From the NCBI GenBank assembly GCA_051362555.1, contig CM120643.1, positions 6,386,001 to 6,450,000 of the forward strand: DNA of 64,000 bases, in the 5' to 3' direction. Shown piece after piece: positions 1 through 12,999 of the stretch. Below the pieces are notes generated by a model, which saw only the letters and a program-made list of their open reading frames with translations, was not told the DNA's origin and searched no databases. Source of the DNA: Lingula anatina (Eukaryota > Animalia > Brachiopoda). How positions within the stretch are numbered: the first letter of the stretch is position 1; the number at the start of each line of letters is the position of its first letter. The position numbers were made by a program, and so were the translations under genes.

Positions 1-109
1 TTGTATATATTAGTAAACATTTTATTTTTCATTTTAGACATTAACATATCTTTAAGTTATTTATTTGTTTGTTTTTTCATTCATTCATTCATTCTTTAAA
101 TTTATTCAG

Positions 110-2356
110 CCTAACCACCCTGGGTCTGGCTGGACATGGGAGCCTGAACCCTTTAGGAACAGGTGCCTCCAGGTGACCACTAAGGACAGCATGGAAGTGA
201 CCTGTACTTGGGGAGAACTGGACATGGAAATAAAAGGTGCTTGAACTCATAATTCTCGTAACCTTTTAAATCTGTAATGTACAACATTTGGAAATCTCAC
301 TATCCTATAAAAAACTGTAGAAAAATGATGAAATGGTCCTTTAATATTGTCAAATACATTTAAGACTTTATTTTAGTATATATCATAACTTGTAAATAAT
401 AAATAAATGTGCCAATTTATTCCAGAGTGGGACTACATGTACAAGCCTGAAGTCCACACAAGTGGTAAGTCCACACCATTGCTCTATTCAATCAACTTGA
501 TGCATTTTTTATCTTTTAGGAAGGATTCATGAAATAAAATTACAACAACACCCTGACTCACAGGGTGCAAGTTTGGATCCTCAGGGGCTGTTGACAATGA
601 ATTTGGAGACCTAGCTAATGTGCACTAACTCCATGAAAACTCTCACTGAATACAATCAGATTAACAGACTAACACGCTTCTCTTTGTCTCCAACATACTC
701 CAACATACTCACATAAATGGTATTCCTTAAAATTCAATTCTGTGTTGCTCAAGCAAAAATCTATTTTTTAGCATACTTAAGAAGATAATTTATTTATTTT
801 TAAGTCAATTAAATCTTTGAATGTGTCTTCATCAAATTGAATCCTTTTTGAACATGCACAGATATAATGGAATGTTAAGTTTGTATTTTTAAATATTAAA
901 ATATTATTAAAATATCATTTTTCTTTAGCTGATATCAAAGACACAAAGAGTGTGTCAGATGCTGAGGGCAGCGAGGAGAGAGGTAAGACAGTATGGTCAA
1001 TTTAACGGGTGTTTATTTAACACACTTTAAAAATTTACACACACACAAACAGGCTCTCAGACACAAACAGGGGCAAATTGAGGCCATCTTCTGGGTCTTC
1101 CGGAAGATGGTCAGAAGTTTACATTGATGGGGATTTAATTTTTTGTCAGAAGACAGTCCACAATGGAGGATGGATCAGCAAACATAATTTGCAAGACTGA
1201 CAGAAAATGTCTCTAGATCCGCCCCTAACAAACATTGTGTTTTTATTCCCTGATCAGTGATCTAAATCTTTGAATACATCTTTGACTATGGTATTGAATC
1301 CTTGTTGTGCATGGGCATGGGATGTTGAATTTTGTTCCATTTTTTCCTTCAGTTGATGTCAAAGACACAACAATTACTGTGACAGAGCTCGTGAAGGAGA
1401 GAGGTAAGACAGCAGGGTCAATAGTTATGATATTTAATATACTTATGAAACGCATGCACACACACATACACTAACAAACACACATGCACATACACTCCAC
1501 AAGCATGTTGCTCAAGCAAAGTATTTAGTATAATTAAGAAGATGATTTATTTTTAAGTCATTTAAATATTTGAATGTGTCTTCCATAAATTGTAATACTG
1601 AATCCTATCTGAACATGCACAGATATGGAATGTTAAGTTTTTATTCGATATCATTTTTCCTTTAGCCAATATCAAAGATACAAAGATTGAGTCAGATGCT
1701 GAGGGCATCACAGAAAAAGGTAAGACAAAAAGCTTAGGACAATTTAACGGGGAATTCATTTAACACACTTAAAAATGTAAACACACAGATGGACTTTAGG
1801 GGGGGGGGGGGGACTCTGACGCACAAACACTGAGTTCAAATACGCTGTTCAGTGATCAATATCTTTGAATGGGTCTTCGACTATGTTAAGTAATGTATTG
1901 AATTCTTGTTGTGCACAAGTATGAAATGTTTAATTTGTTTTCCTGTCTTTCTTCAGTCAGTATCACAACAACTGTGAAAGCAGACATGAAGGAAAGAGGT
2001 AAGATAGTAGGGTCAATATTTATTACACTGATAGAATGTGATTGTGCATGTACACACACGCACACACACACACGCACACACACACTCCTTATGTTGTGCC
2101 AACACAGTTTGTGCTTTTGGCAAGTTTAAAATAATATTGGCAGAATTGTTTATTCCAAATACTGGTAAAAGTGTTTCATTGAAGCTTTATACATGAAATA
2201 TGATGTTGCACTGACTTATTGAACATTTTATACTTTTACCTCTTAGTAAGTAATATTGTATTATACATTTCAGCTCCAAAGAATCGCCGCCAATCTAGGT
2301 GGAGGAGGGTATTGAATCTGTTCACGTCTTGCTTCAGACGGAGGGCACGAACATAA
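110..2356 (+). CDS. 3' part of an unidentified multi-exon gene with symmetric micro-exons. Exons: 110-236, 426-464, possibly 520-~564/614, 929-982, 1353-1403, 1666-1719, 1957-1998 and 2274-2356
   Basis: Each exon has a pyrimidine-tract/AG acceptor, and the 39, 54, 51, 54 and 42 nt exons end in GTAAG donors. All are multiples of 3 in phase 1 and join without stops (EWDYMYKPEVHTS, ADIKDTKSVSDAEGSEER, VDVKDTTITVTELVKER, ANIKDTKIESDAEGITEK, VSITTTVKADMKER) to a terminal APKNRRQSRWRRVLNLFTSCFRRRART-stop. The donor at 237 (GTGCTT) is weak and the end of the 520 exon is uncertain. Confidence 0.6.
740..2090 (+). repeat. Tandem duplication (~750 bp unit), each copy carrying two micro-exons
   Basis: tgttgctcaagcaaa...tttgaatgtgtcttc...gaacatgcacagata recurs at ~743 and ~1506; both units end in a CA-rich tract. 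Confidence 0.8.
1068..1227 (-). mobile_element. CAGGGGCGGATC-family hAT-like MITE, related to the copy at 58267
   Basis: Termini caggggc...tagatccgcccct; the internal sequence is a reverse-complement match to 58267-58428; absent from the paralogous unit of the tandem duplication. Confidence 0.55.
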
Positions 2357-2540
2357 ATGGTTATTCTTATTCTTATTATTCTTATTCTTATTCTTATTAT
2401 TATTAATTAAATATTTCTAAACACTTCAGACATTAAGAAATGAAGAAAAGTCAACAGTATTTTTAAAAGAATAGATTTATTATACATTTAAAGAGAAGTT
2501 CTTTTTGTTTGTCTCTTTGTTTTGATGATATCATAACTAA

Positions 2541-2755
2541 GGCTCTATTCCCATAGATTTTAGATCGATCTATCCCCGCGGGAAGTCTCACTAGATTACT
2601 TTCAGACAATCTGACTTAAATGTCCGTCCCGCCTACTACAAGCTATAAGGGGGTAATTAACTTTCGTGTCCGCCCAGCTGACAGCTATTTAGCGTGAACC
2701 CCCAGGGAGTTAGGTCGATCTAAAGTAGGTAGATCTAATGTATGGAAATGGGGTG
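2541..2755 (+). mobile_element. PIF/Harbinger-type (Tourist-like) MITE, family A copy 1
   Basis: Imperfect TIRs ggctctattcccatag/tatggaaatggggtg flanked by TAA/TTA; the same ~215 bp body recurs at 20348, 21340 and 28936. Confidence 0.8.
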
Positions 2756-3246
2756 TTAGTAAACTTTCAATTTTTTTAGAGGAAAACTATATCAAACAGC
2801 TGGTAAAACTGTACATGAAAGCAGTAATTATATGATAGCCGCCAGGAGCTGGTGGTTGTAGATTTACTGTCAACATCTATTTACAACTAACTGAATACAC
2901 ATTTTAACTGAATTTTATTTAATATTTTCATCTTTTATTTTTCAGGGTCTTCAGTGCAAAACTCTCATTGCCTCTATATAAGCCAGTTTAAAAAACTGCA
3001 AAATGTCATTCTCTTAATGTTACAATAAAATATTATTTCTTTTTTTGTAATCAAATGAGTTTTGTTTTTCTTTCTTTTCTTAATTGAGGGTACCATTAGG
3101 GAGGGGTGATCATAGTTCATGGGAAATAAAACCATTAATTTACAAATCACAGTATACAAAACTTTATGCATATCTCACTGACAATACCAGTTGAAAATCC
3201 TGAAAATTATCTGAGAATTGAATCCTGCAAATCCTGAGAATTGCTA

Positions 3247-3375
3247 CCCTCTACCAGGGCAACAGATTGATTTTCCACAGATATTCACAGATATGTCTCT
3301 AGATAAATAGACAGTCATTTTGGCTCTCAGTCAGCAAAAAAAGTCCACAATAATAACTGCGGCCCTGGTAGAGGG
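3247..3375. mobile_element. Small TA-flanked MITE (second copy at 19555-19679)
   Basis: TIR ccctctaccagggc/gccctggtagaggg with TA on both sides. Confidence 0.7.
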
Positions 3376-6300
3376 TAATGAATTGCCAGGTATAAGGCTT
3401 TGTTTCACGAAGGACAAAGAATAAAAAGCCGCATTTACGAGCCACGGGAATGAGGTGCTTCACGGACCATGCTAAATAATATAGAAATTTCACGGCTCAG
3501 TTACTGACAACTTCAGTTTTGCTTTAATATTCCATTATGTTCATGTTTATATACAATAGATATATAGTTTTGCTTTAATATTCCATTATGTTCATGTTTA
3601 TATACAATAGATATATAGTTCAAACTCCTAGGAATGCACATTAAAAGTGAAGTATTGTTTTAGACAACGGCTTTCTAGATCACTTGCAACTTTTACAGAT
3701 AATGAGCCCGTTTTAATTAACTTTTATACGTGTAATATTGAGAGTATTTAACTTTTATTGCATCTGGTGGCTACTGTGAAGGAACGGGAAAAACACCCCA
3801 ACGTTATTAACACTGCCAGTAAAATAATTGGAAGAGATCTCCCCCAACTGGATGGTATCATTAAAGACAGAATGAAGAAAACAACAAAATAAATTGTGGG
3901 GATCCCACCCACCCAGGAAGTTCTCTTTTTACATTTTGATCCAGCAATAGTAGACTTTTTTTATTGGCTGAATAAATTCTTACTTCATCGTATCTTACTT
4001 GTACTATTGCCATAGCCATGTTACATGTATTATCATAAAAAGTACTGTAAATAGCGGCAACAAGTTCTTTTTTAGCACAATTCCTTTTTTGTCATTTTCA
4101 AAATGATTAAAGGGTTTTAAATCTTTTACAACACCCTGCTGCGGTACGATTTTTTTTATCTCTTTTACACACAGTACGCTAGGCCTATAAAATGTGATCG
4201 AACTGGCTACATCTCTTTACGTTTATCATCCCAAAAACGTTGCCAACGCTCTCTATCCCTTAAAGTAAAATGTTTTATTATATAAAATATAACATGAGTA
4301 AAACCATAACGCTATATTATAATCGAAATTCCACCCCCCCCTCAATTCGCCCCCTTTCTACTGCCCTAGTACCATACAAACTCAGCGTGTGTGGGAGTGC
4401 CAGTAGATCAAGTTCACGGATAGGATATGCCATGTAAGGTGAGATAGGTTATGTCCTTTTGCGTTTCTTTATTCTGTCAATTTTGAGAAGAAATATCAGT
4501 GTCTTGTACTACACTTAGTCAATATAAATTTTAAAAGGGTCAATTTTCCTTCTTCTATCACGTAATTCGTCAGATGTAATTAAATACAATAAATTCCTAG
4601 AAAACCCTTACCCCCTCTTGTGAATGCAATGTGTCGTCAGCGTCTGCTACATCGCTGGATGCTTCGCGCTTCCCGGGAGCTGAACAGTTAACGCGGTCTA
4701 AATAATTTTAGGGAGAGTCAGATGAAATAGAGAGGGACCTTGGCATCTATAAAGTTCTACATGGTGAATCTGGAGATATGGACTAGTTTTACTCTTTTCT
4801 GTAAAATTTTGCAACATACTCTGTTTTTCAGTAGCCCCGTGCATCCAAAATATTTTGCTGGTATCTTGATACATTTTCCACTTCTGACTCCCCCTAAAGC
4901 GGTCCATACTAAAAAATCAATAATCGCACGGCAATTTTATACAGGCAATTGACCTACTTTTATACCCATGCAGCTATTGCCGAGTATTATGGCTATGGAG
5001 TGAAAACGTGATACACGTCTGTGATATAAAAATTATTTCTAATTACATAATTTACAAACAATGTATGTGGATCAAATGTGTCCAGATTTGTGAGCAAAGG
5101 ACAACAATATACTTTTTGAAAATGATGAAAAATTTGAAGACAAACCAAAGTCGGAAAAAAATGCATTTTTTCTCTTATATGCAAATTAGGTCCCCTGAAG
5201 TAATATAAGACTGGCCGGAAGTGATGTTCATATCAGAGATTTGTAATTATGATGATCTTGATGGTCTTGATGATCTTAATGGTAATTCCAAAAATATTAT
5301 TAGAGTTTTTAGTTGTCATCTGGCGAGAAAGAAATTTTCTGCACTAACACAATCATTTCACAAGTGAAGAATAGATAGTAAACGCGTTTCAGAGATGCAC
5401 TGCAGACGTCACTGCTTTTGGGTGAAAATTACACGCGATATTAGGTTATAATTATGATATATAGGTAAAAAAACTGCTTGTCTAATGTTTTCAAGTGAGT
5501 GGAAATGGATATAAGCAAACCATTAAATTTTTGACTGCATTTCTATTTATTTGTGTTCGACAAGGGTGAATTTTATTGGGATATTCTCTCTCTCCCTCTA
5601 GTCTCTCACTTTTTTTAAAGCTAATATTACAGAGAAAACCGAGTGAAAAAATAATAACTATAACAGTCAAAATAATCAGAAGTAAAAAGATTTTAGAGTT
5701 AAAAATCTTTTGGCCACTATAGTTTCTCGTCGTAGAAGTTCACGGGGGAAATTTTTAAGACATCTTTTAATTGCATTCCGAGATGTATTTTTCAAAGTTA
5801 TACACACATATTTCAGCTTGTCTTTCTCCATTTTAACAAATATCATTTCTATAAATATCAAAACGATACAAAGACATTATTACCACACAATGAAATGGCT
5901 CCTCATTTCTCATGATGGCACTCTTTCCATGCTCTGCGGTCCGCATACTTATTGCAAAACAGTCATTGAGTGTGTTCCCTTACAAACACGAATTACTCAA
6001 TAAATTCATTAAGCTGCCTTTTACCATCTTTAAGAAAATTGATATAATTGGCCCTCATTATATGTGCCACCCATTCCAAGCGCGCGCACACTCACACATA
6101 CACAAATACTCGCACACACATTTTCTAATTTTTATATTCTTTTAACAAATTTAAGTACTCAAATTATGTTAGATTTTACATCAATTCCCAAATATCATTT
6201 CCCATACTTAGACATACACTACTTTATAAAGATGTCCGTATTGTCATAACCAAATACGACTGATAAATTATTCCAAGAGCTTTGCGGTTTATAGAGCTTT

Positions 6301-6482
6301 ATTTCGAAGGAATCTACATGTATTGCGATAGAATACAGTTCAAAGCGGGTCCAACCATTGTAGTTCGCATCTTCAAATTAATGACAAAATTCCCACATTA
6401 TAAGTGGACTGTCCATGTGCAGGTTGTGTCAACAGATTTAGTCAGCCAGTGAGTACACACTGCTTTTACACGGGTTACTTTA

Positions 6483-7717
6483 GCCTCGGTCACAACCGGA
6501 CGCATGGATTTTAGGATCGCACGTCCCCTACGAATTTTGGGCGCAGTGGAGGCCGTGGAGGCCGTAGAGGTAGAGGAAAGGTTTCAATGAAAAGGCGCAA
6601 TTTTGCCTTGCGAATCGGAGGGGCCACGTGAGATGTTCTTTCAAGCTAGTTGCGAATTGCCAGGTGCGATGGCCGTGGCAACTGTACTCGTTTCTTGAGT
6701 TTCTATTCCTTCCTGCGTACGTGGCACGCACTCACCACTAACGAAGAGAATGCAACGCACGGCGAATGTAGTTCCCTTTAGAGTCACTTTTGCTTCACAC
6801 TTGCCTCAAACGAGGCAAAACTGACGTACTGACGGTGTCCGTCAGTTTTGCCTCGTGTTCTCCCCTTCTTTCTTCGTCCTCCTCTCTTCTTTTCTGCTCT
6901 CTATGCTTTTTTCTCTTGCCTTTTGTAGGCATACAGGGTATAAGAAGTTGAATCGAGCAAAATTTCAGTTTTGAAAATTGTTTTGCACGTTGCACAGTCG
7001 ACGTTCTTTGGCGAGACACGATCGTGCGTCGTAAGGATCCTTTTAGGGAGCATTCACATCGAGAAGAACCGAGGTCTAGTAAGGCCGCGACCTAAAATGG
7101 CGGACCTACATGAAAGGAAGACCGCTAATCTTTTAATGATCTCTCCACCTCTCACACGCCCCCCACGCGTTGTCCCTCGACCGGTTGGATTGAGCTGAAT
7201 TTTAATAACTGTGCTCCTGCAGGGACGACGCGTGGTGAGGATTAACAGGATGAGCGGTCTTACTTTCATGTAGGTCCGCCATATTTAGGTCGCGGCATTA
7301 CTAGACCTCGGCTCTTCTCGATGTGAATGCTCCCTTATACTCCAGGCGTGAGGGTGAAGCACGTGCGACGCATTCCTGGTGTGATTTTGACTTTGTTTGT
7401 TAGCTGTGAGGGCGTGCGCCGTACTCAACAATCAAAAGGCACTTGCTCCTTCATTGATTGCTACGTGCGTCTTGGACCACGCACGTCTCACTGGCGAACT
7501 CCTTGTGAACTTGCGAGGTGAGCAAGTCACGCTTGCGGCCTCGCTGTTCGCAGGTTATTCGTAGAATCTTTCGGACATGTCCAATATCCTCCGTGCGTGC
7601 TTACGGGCTGTCTGCGAACTCGAAATTTCGTAAGGAGGACTTGCGTGGGACGTGAGATTCTGCGCAAAATTTGGACGCAAACAGCCCATAAGAGCCCGTA
7701 CGGCCTGTGACCGAGGC
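6483..7717. mobile_element. Harbinger-like non-autonomous element hosting a nested MITE
   Basis: TIR gcctcggtcaca/tgtgaccgaggc with flanks TTA/TCA; GC-rich body with subterminal inverted motifs. Confidence 0.7.
7046..7334. mobile_element. Fold-back Harbinger-type MITE nested inside 6483-7717
   Basis: TTA-gggagcattcacatcgagaaga...tcttctcgatgtgaatgctccc-TTA with long (~90 bp or more) inverted arms. Confidence 0.85.
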
Positions 7718-9277
7718 TCAAAGTACTTCACTTCCCTAGCAACTGTTGCTAAGCAACCCTTTGAAATTTTTGGCACTACCCTTAGAAATGATCAGCATAG
7801 TCCAAGGAACATTTGTGCTAAGTTTCATGCTTTTTCCACCTTCTGAGTAATTTTTACAGCAATCACATGTACTTATAGGTAATTTCCTTGCATGGTTTCT
7901 GCACGTTCGAACACTCAAAGCGAAGGCTAGATTTTGCGTTTTAGAGATGATTTCAAACGCCGATTTTATGCCGATTTATGATTGAAATTATGTTAAATCG
8001 CATTTCTACGGAAATATTAAACCTTCAGGATTTTACAGTTATATGAATAATAACAAAATAGTACATGGTAAATGGTAAAGTTACAAGCAATAAAAATGTT
8101 ACATTACAGAAAGAAGTTGGAGTAGTTTTTACATGCTATTTTTCATTTACATTTTAATACCATACCTTGTTCAGATACCTAGATTTATCTGCAAAGTTAA
8201 CGAGGGTAATGTCTTGTCAACATGCTTGCGTCATTGCCAAGAAGACGGCTGAGGGATTATCTTCAGCACTCGAACCTGCTGTATCTTGTTCGACATGACA
8301 CCTTATTAGATACTCAGGAAGGTTCTCCTATTGCGGTATTATCACCCTCGACAAGAATATTTTGCCGGAAACAGGAATGTGATCTATCACCTGATTTATG
8401 TAATTAATGTAATGTTATCTCTGTGTTAGACTGGTGGACGTTAAAAGGTCCACAAAGTTCATTATTATTATAATATTGTCTAAAAGGTCGTTTTACCACT
8501 TCTTGTTTTCTGTAATGCAGTTTGGTTGTTATTCACCTATAGGGGAAGTATCAACAGGTGCTTGTTTTTTATTTCCGGTGTATTTATTCCATCATGAATG
8601 ACAAGATGAAAAACAAATGGTCACATAAATAACGACTGATGGTTTTCCTTCCAGTTGGTGTCCCTTTCGGCTGACACAATGATCGATAGATAATTTTAAT
8701 AAGATCTAATACGATGACTGAGCACTTGGTCCATAAACTTCCTTTACACATGGTTGGTGTTCAAATCATAATGAAAATTATGCTCTCTAAACGTGGAAAT
8801 CAAATAGATGCCAATTCTAGGATGTACAAGTTACATTTCTGTAAAGGGAGCATAGGGCCTAATTGCGAAATTCGCAACCCTCCGTTTTTTAAAACGTATT
8901 TCATCCCCTCCATTTTTTAAAACGAATTTAATCTCAAGTAACATTGCATGCATAAAGACAGAGGGAACAGAGACTGCCTGCCAGCCAAACAATATTTTGA
9001 TTTTGTCACTGAAAAACAACTGAGAATATTTTCTGATACAAACACTCCTCAATATTCTTCTTCTCTTTCAGGGAAAACGCCCAGTGCAGATTCAGACATG
9101 ACGTATTGACATAACAACCAATGATATTCTTTCACTTGTATATACTGGTATATCTATATTTTGGTATATCTATATATATATATTTTGCTAAACGAAACGG
9201 GAAGCAGATATCTACATTTCAGCTATTAAGCAAACCAAATATCAGAGTTGACTTTAGTTGCGTTGGAGAGATACAAA

Positions 9278-10372
9278 ATGCTGAACTATTCAGCTAAAGA
9301 TTTTATAACAGAGGACGCCAACATGACGCTCAACAAAACGTATACGGTGGCTTCAGCGTGCACGGATCTGGTATCATGCCTGCCTTTCATCACAGTGGAA
9401 GTCATCTTGTTAGTTGCGACGATTGTTGGCAACATCATTTTCATTGCAGCATTTGCAAAGTTTAAGGAACTTCGAGAGCCAACAAACTATATCTTGATGA
9501 GTCTCTCAATTACAGATCTAGTCACTGGCCTCGTTGCCATGCCGATTCACATAGTCACTGTGTATTTCGTTGACAACTTACCCGGGTTACGTCATCTCGC
9601 ATCCGAAAAATATTTTTGTCTGTTTAAGACTGCCACTGGATCCGGACTGATACTTATATCACTTTTTCACCAAACATTAATCGCATTTGACAGATACTTT
9701 AAGATCTGTCGACATGTCCAGCACGTAAAACTATTTAACAAAAAGAGACTGACCTCGGCCATAGTCTTTACATGGCTGTACGGGTCGGCCCTCTCCATCC
9801 CTCCTTTGTTTGGCTGGAATGATTGGTCCCCAGATAAAGAATGCAGGGGTAATATAGTCCATCCAAAACACATGCGATTCTTGGTGACGCCGCACCTGCC
9901 AATCTGCCTCCTGATAACATTCGGGTGTTATTGCGCCATATTTCGACGCGTCCGGCAGCAAAGACAGAAAATTGGAGTGAACCGCATTCAGATGAATATG
10001 CCAGGTACCTCTACCGCGAAGACAGAAAACCAGACCAAACAGGAGAGAGAAGAATTTCGAGGAGGAAAAGCCCTGTCTGTCAAACCTGAGGAATCCAACT
10101 CGAAAGGATCATTAGATGAAATGCAAGTCAAAGTGGCAAAGATGACTGCCATAATAGTAGGTACGTTTACTTTGTTATTTATTCCTTATACGCTTCTGTC
10201 AGCGTTTGATGGATACATTGTACACAATAGAGTGACCTTTCATATTATTTTTAACATTTCAATCGAACTGTTGATGCTAAGTTCAGTCACTAATCCCTTG
10301 ATTTACGGAATTTTGAACAAACGTGTGGGAAAGTTTATGATTGGGGCATGCCAATGCAAGCCCGTAGAATAA
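9278..10372 (+). CDS. Class A (rhodopsin-like) GPCR, orphan/adenosine-receptor-like, intronless CDS
   Basis: Seven hydrophobic segments; GN in TM1, LSITDL in TM2, C3.25, IAFDRY, TM4 Trp, ECL2 Cys, FxxxFIP in TM6, NPLIY in TM7; N-terminal N-glycosylation sequons. The first ATG is at 9278 (the track starts at an upstream TTG). Likely 5'UTR splice acceptor ttctctttcag ends at 9071. Confidence 0.93.
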   Translation: MLNYSAKDFITEDANMTLNKTYTVASACTDLVSCLPFITVEVILLVATIVGNIIFIAAFAKFKELREPTNYILMSLSITDLVTGLVAMPIHIVTVYFVDNLPGLRHLASEKYFCLFKTATGSGLILISLFHQTLIAFDRYFKICRHVQHVKLFNKKRLTSAIVFTWLYGSALSIPPLFGWNDWSPDKECRGNIVHPKHMRFLVTPHLPICLLITFGCYCAIFRRVRQQRQKIGVNRIQMNMPGTSTAKTENQTKQEREEFRGGKALSVKPEESNSKGSLDEMQVKVAKMTAIIVGTFTLLFIPYTLLSAFDGYIVHNRVTFHIIFNISIELLMLSSVTNPLIYGILNKRVGKFMIGACQCKPVE

Positions 10373-10621
10373 GGGTTTAAGGCATCAGGCGGTCGGTATA
10401 TATGATCAAATGTCGTTCTTTCACACAGGCACACATGCACGCAACAAATATATGTTATGAAGGTTATACACACTAATTTAGGGGATGGGGAACTTAATTC
10501 GGTTTTGATTAGTTCATCAGTTACAGTCTTTTTCTGGTTAGTTGTTGTGTAGAGTACTTGTCCTTTTTACGGGTTTCGATACTGGTACGTTGTAAAGACC
10601 AATATTTGGCAATTTTTTTGT

Positions 10622-10653
<32 letters not shown>

Positions 10654-11404
10654 GGCACTCTTTTCTTGATGATAATGGAATAACAATCACTTTTAGAGCA
10701 CAACCACCCTTATTTGTTGTCTTATTCATCACCCCCACTCGCTTCTGTATATTGGGTGGTTTATGCTTCGGAGATTTCAGCCCCTAATTACGGTGGTACC
10801 ATTAAACAAAGACAATGTTTATCCTCTTTAATGACAGCATTATTAATTCTTTGAAGAAAATATCGATTGTATCCTTACTGTTGTGATTAACTAAGCGTTC
10901 GAACGGTGTTTAAAGCTGTTCAGGTGAGGGAGATCTGCTCGAAATCGATACGACACGTTTTAACCCAAAGCCGCTGTTGTTAGGCATCAGCTTGAGTTAG
11001 CAAATTCATCCCGATGCATTGGCCTATTATATTCATGCGACAGCATTATTTTCTTATATAACAGTGACTATTGCCGTATTGTCCAAGCGAATAAGGAAAA
11101 ATCCTAACGTATAGAACCCCTCGAGCTATCATTAAATTGGGTTTACATATCTGATTTTGAATCTAGCTGATTCAGTTCAAGTACTTTATTGCGCAAGGAG
11201 TAATTGTAATATCCATTGCAAATGTAATTAGATAATGATCTTTATATTGTAATTAATGTTCTTTGTTATTGATGTAAGTATGTACCAGGATATTTATATT
11301 TATTGATAAGCATGACATTGTAAAGTAATGCCATATAATCTTCTTTTTCGCTGAAGAGCACATTTTCTAGACTAACTATTGAATAACACCTTCAGTTTTG
11401 TCTA

Positions 11405-11900
11405 TTTTTATATACAGACACTGTATATATTCTGATGGGTCTGTCTGTCCGTGACGTCACCGTTGCTGTCGCTGTCCGACACATAACTGCCAAACCGTGT
11501 TTTTGTTTTACTTTAAATTAGCCGAGTGGCTTTGTTTGGTAAAGAGACGGGTTTGCTTTCGAAAGTCAGAATGATCATTTTACATTTACGGTAATTATTC
11601 GTTTTTTTTTTTCACGGTTTTGGTGACGTTCGCCCCATAACTGCCAAATCATATTTTGGTTTTACTTTAAATTTACTGAGTGGTTTTGTTTGGTAAAGAG
11701 GCAGATGGATTTCTAAAATCGGCATGATCGATTTACATTTACGGTAAGTATTTTTTTTTTTTGGCACAAATTAGGTGATGTCGCCATACAGCCTCCAAAT
11801 CTTATTTTTGATTTAATTTAAATTTACTGAGTGGCTTTGTTTGGTAAAGAGGCAGGTTACTTTCCAAAATAAGCAAGGTCAATTAACATTTATGGTTTTT
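11405..11900 (-). mobile_element. Helentron-associated (HINE/DINE-like) repeat with internal ~130 bp tandem units
   Basis: Short terminal hairpin tatacagacactgtata, a gtct/gtcc microsatellite, and three units containing gagtggctttgtttggtaaagag. Confidence 0.5.
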
Positions 11901-12999
11901 TTGTTTTTTTTTTGTTTTTTTTTTTGCTTTAAATTATCACACATTAGCATTCTCAGAGGCTTCAGATCAGATCAGATCAAAAAGACTTATATATCATATC
12001 ATTCCGTTACACATACGTGGAATAAACATATCCCAGTGAATCAGCATTTTTCTTCAAACTCGGGCGTCCTGAAAATAATCTCAAAGCTTTAAACTAGGGG
12101 CGCTGTCGAAACATACGTCCCCAGGGGCACAGCCTTGGATCGTGTTATTTTGATAAGAGTTAGTTAGTTAGGTAGGTAGGCAGCTTAACCAAGGCATGAG
12201 CCAACCACCCCCAAACACTTTTTTCTACGTAATTTCTGAACATTTGACAGCTTTGCTGCCTAGTTTCCTGTATGGTGTCTGTATATTTGTCAGCTTTGCT
12301 GTCTAGTTGGTATTGTATATCTTAGCACTGTGTGCTTCATTTGTTAATATTCAAGATAAAAGAAACTTCAGTTTATTCAGAATAACGTAAATTAAGGATC
12401 AAGGTTATTTTCAAGTTACTCAACAAACACAGAAGGGGTGAGAAAACTGCTTTTTAGAGAAAAATAGTATTTGATATGCTTCAGTCTGTTTTCGTTCTTG
12501 TAATGTTTTGCAATCTGAAATAAAATAATCAGTGTATATATTGACAATTAATATTTAAGATTTTATTCCTTACTTAATATTGCTAATAAATATGAAATAT
12601 TATTAATCATATCGTTGCAGTGTTCAAAGTTGTAGCAAAGTACGTTACCAGAAGCAGTTTTGATCTGATATTATGATCAGTAATTTTTCTTTTATGTTCT
12701 AATGCCATGAGTTTTAGAACATGCATCACTCCTTCATAAATAACATGTAAAATCCAACTTTTAGTTGCTATATATAATGATTATAATAATTTTTATGTTT
12801 TCACTGTATCGTTGCATTCAGTTTTGTCAACTATCTGACTACAAGTTACTGTAATCAAATTATTTCAACATTAGTTGCCATAGCCCAATTGCCTGATTCA
12901 CAATAATACTTGATTTAGTTTATTGGCTATAATTTTAGCTTACTAAGGTTAATAAAATTATTAAGTCTGCTATGAATTTAATAATAGTAATTCTAATAA

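Noticed and set aside
3516-3620. Exact ~51 bp tandem duplication
   Set aside because: Ordinary local duplication with no further structure.
9248-9277. TTG start of the GPCR ORF
   Set aside because: This is a eukaryotic gene; the first ATG in good context (aaaATG) is at 9278.
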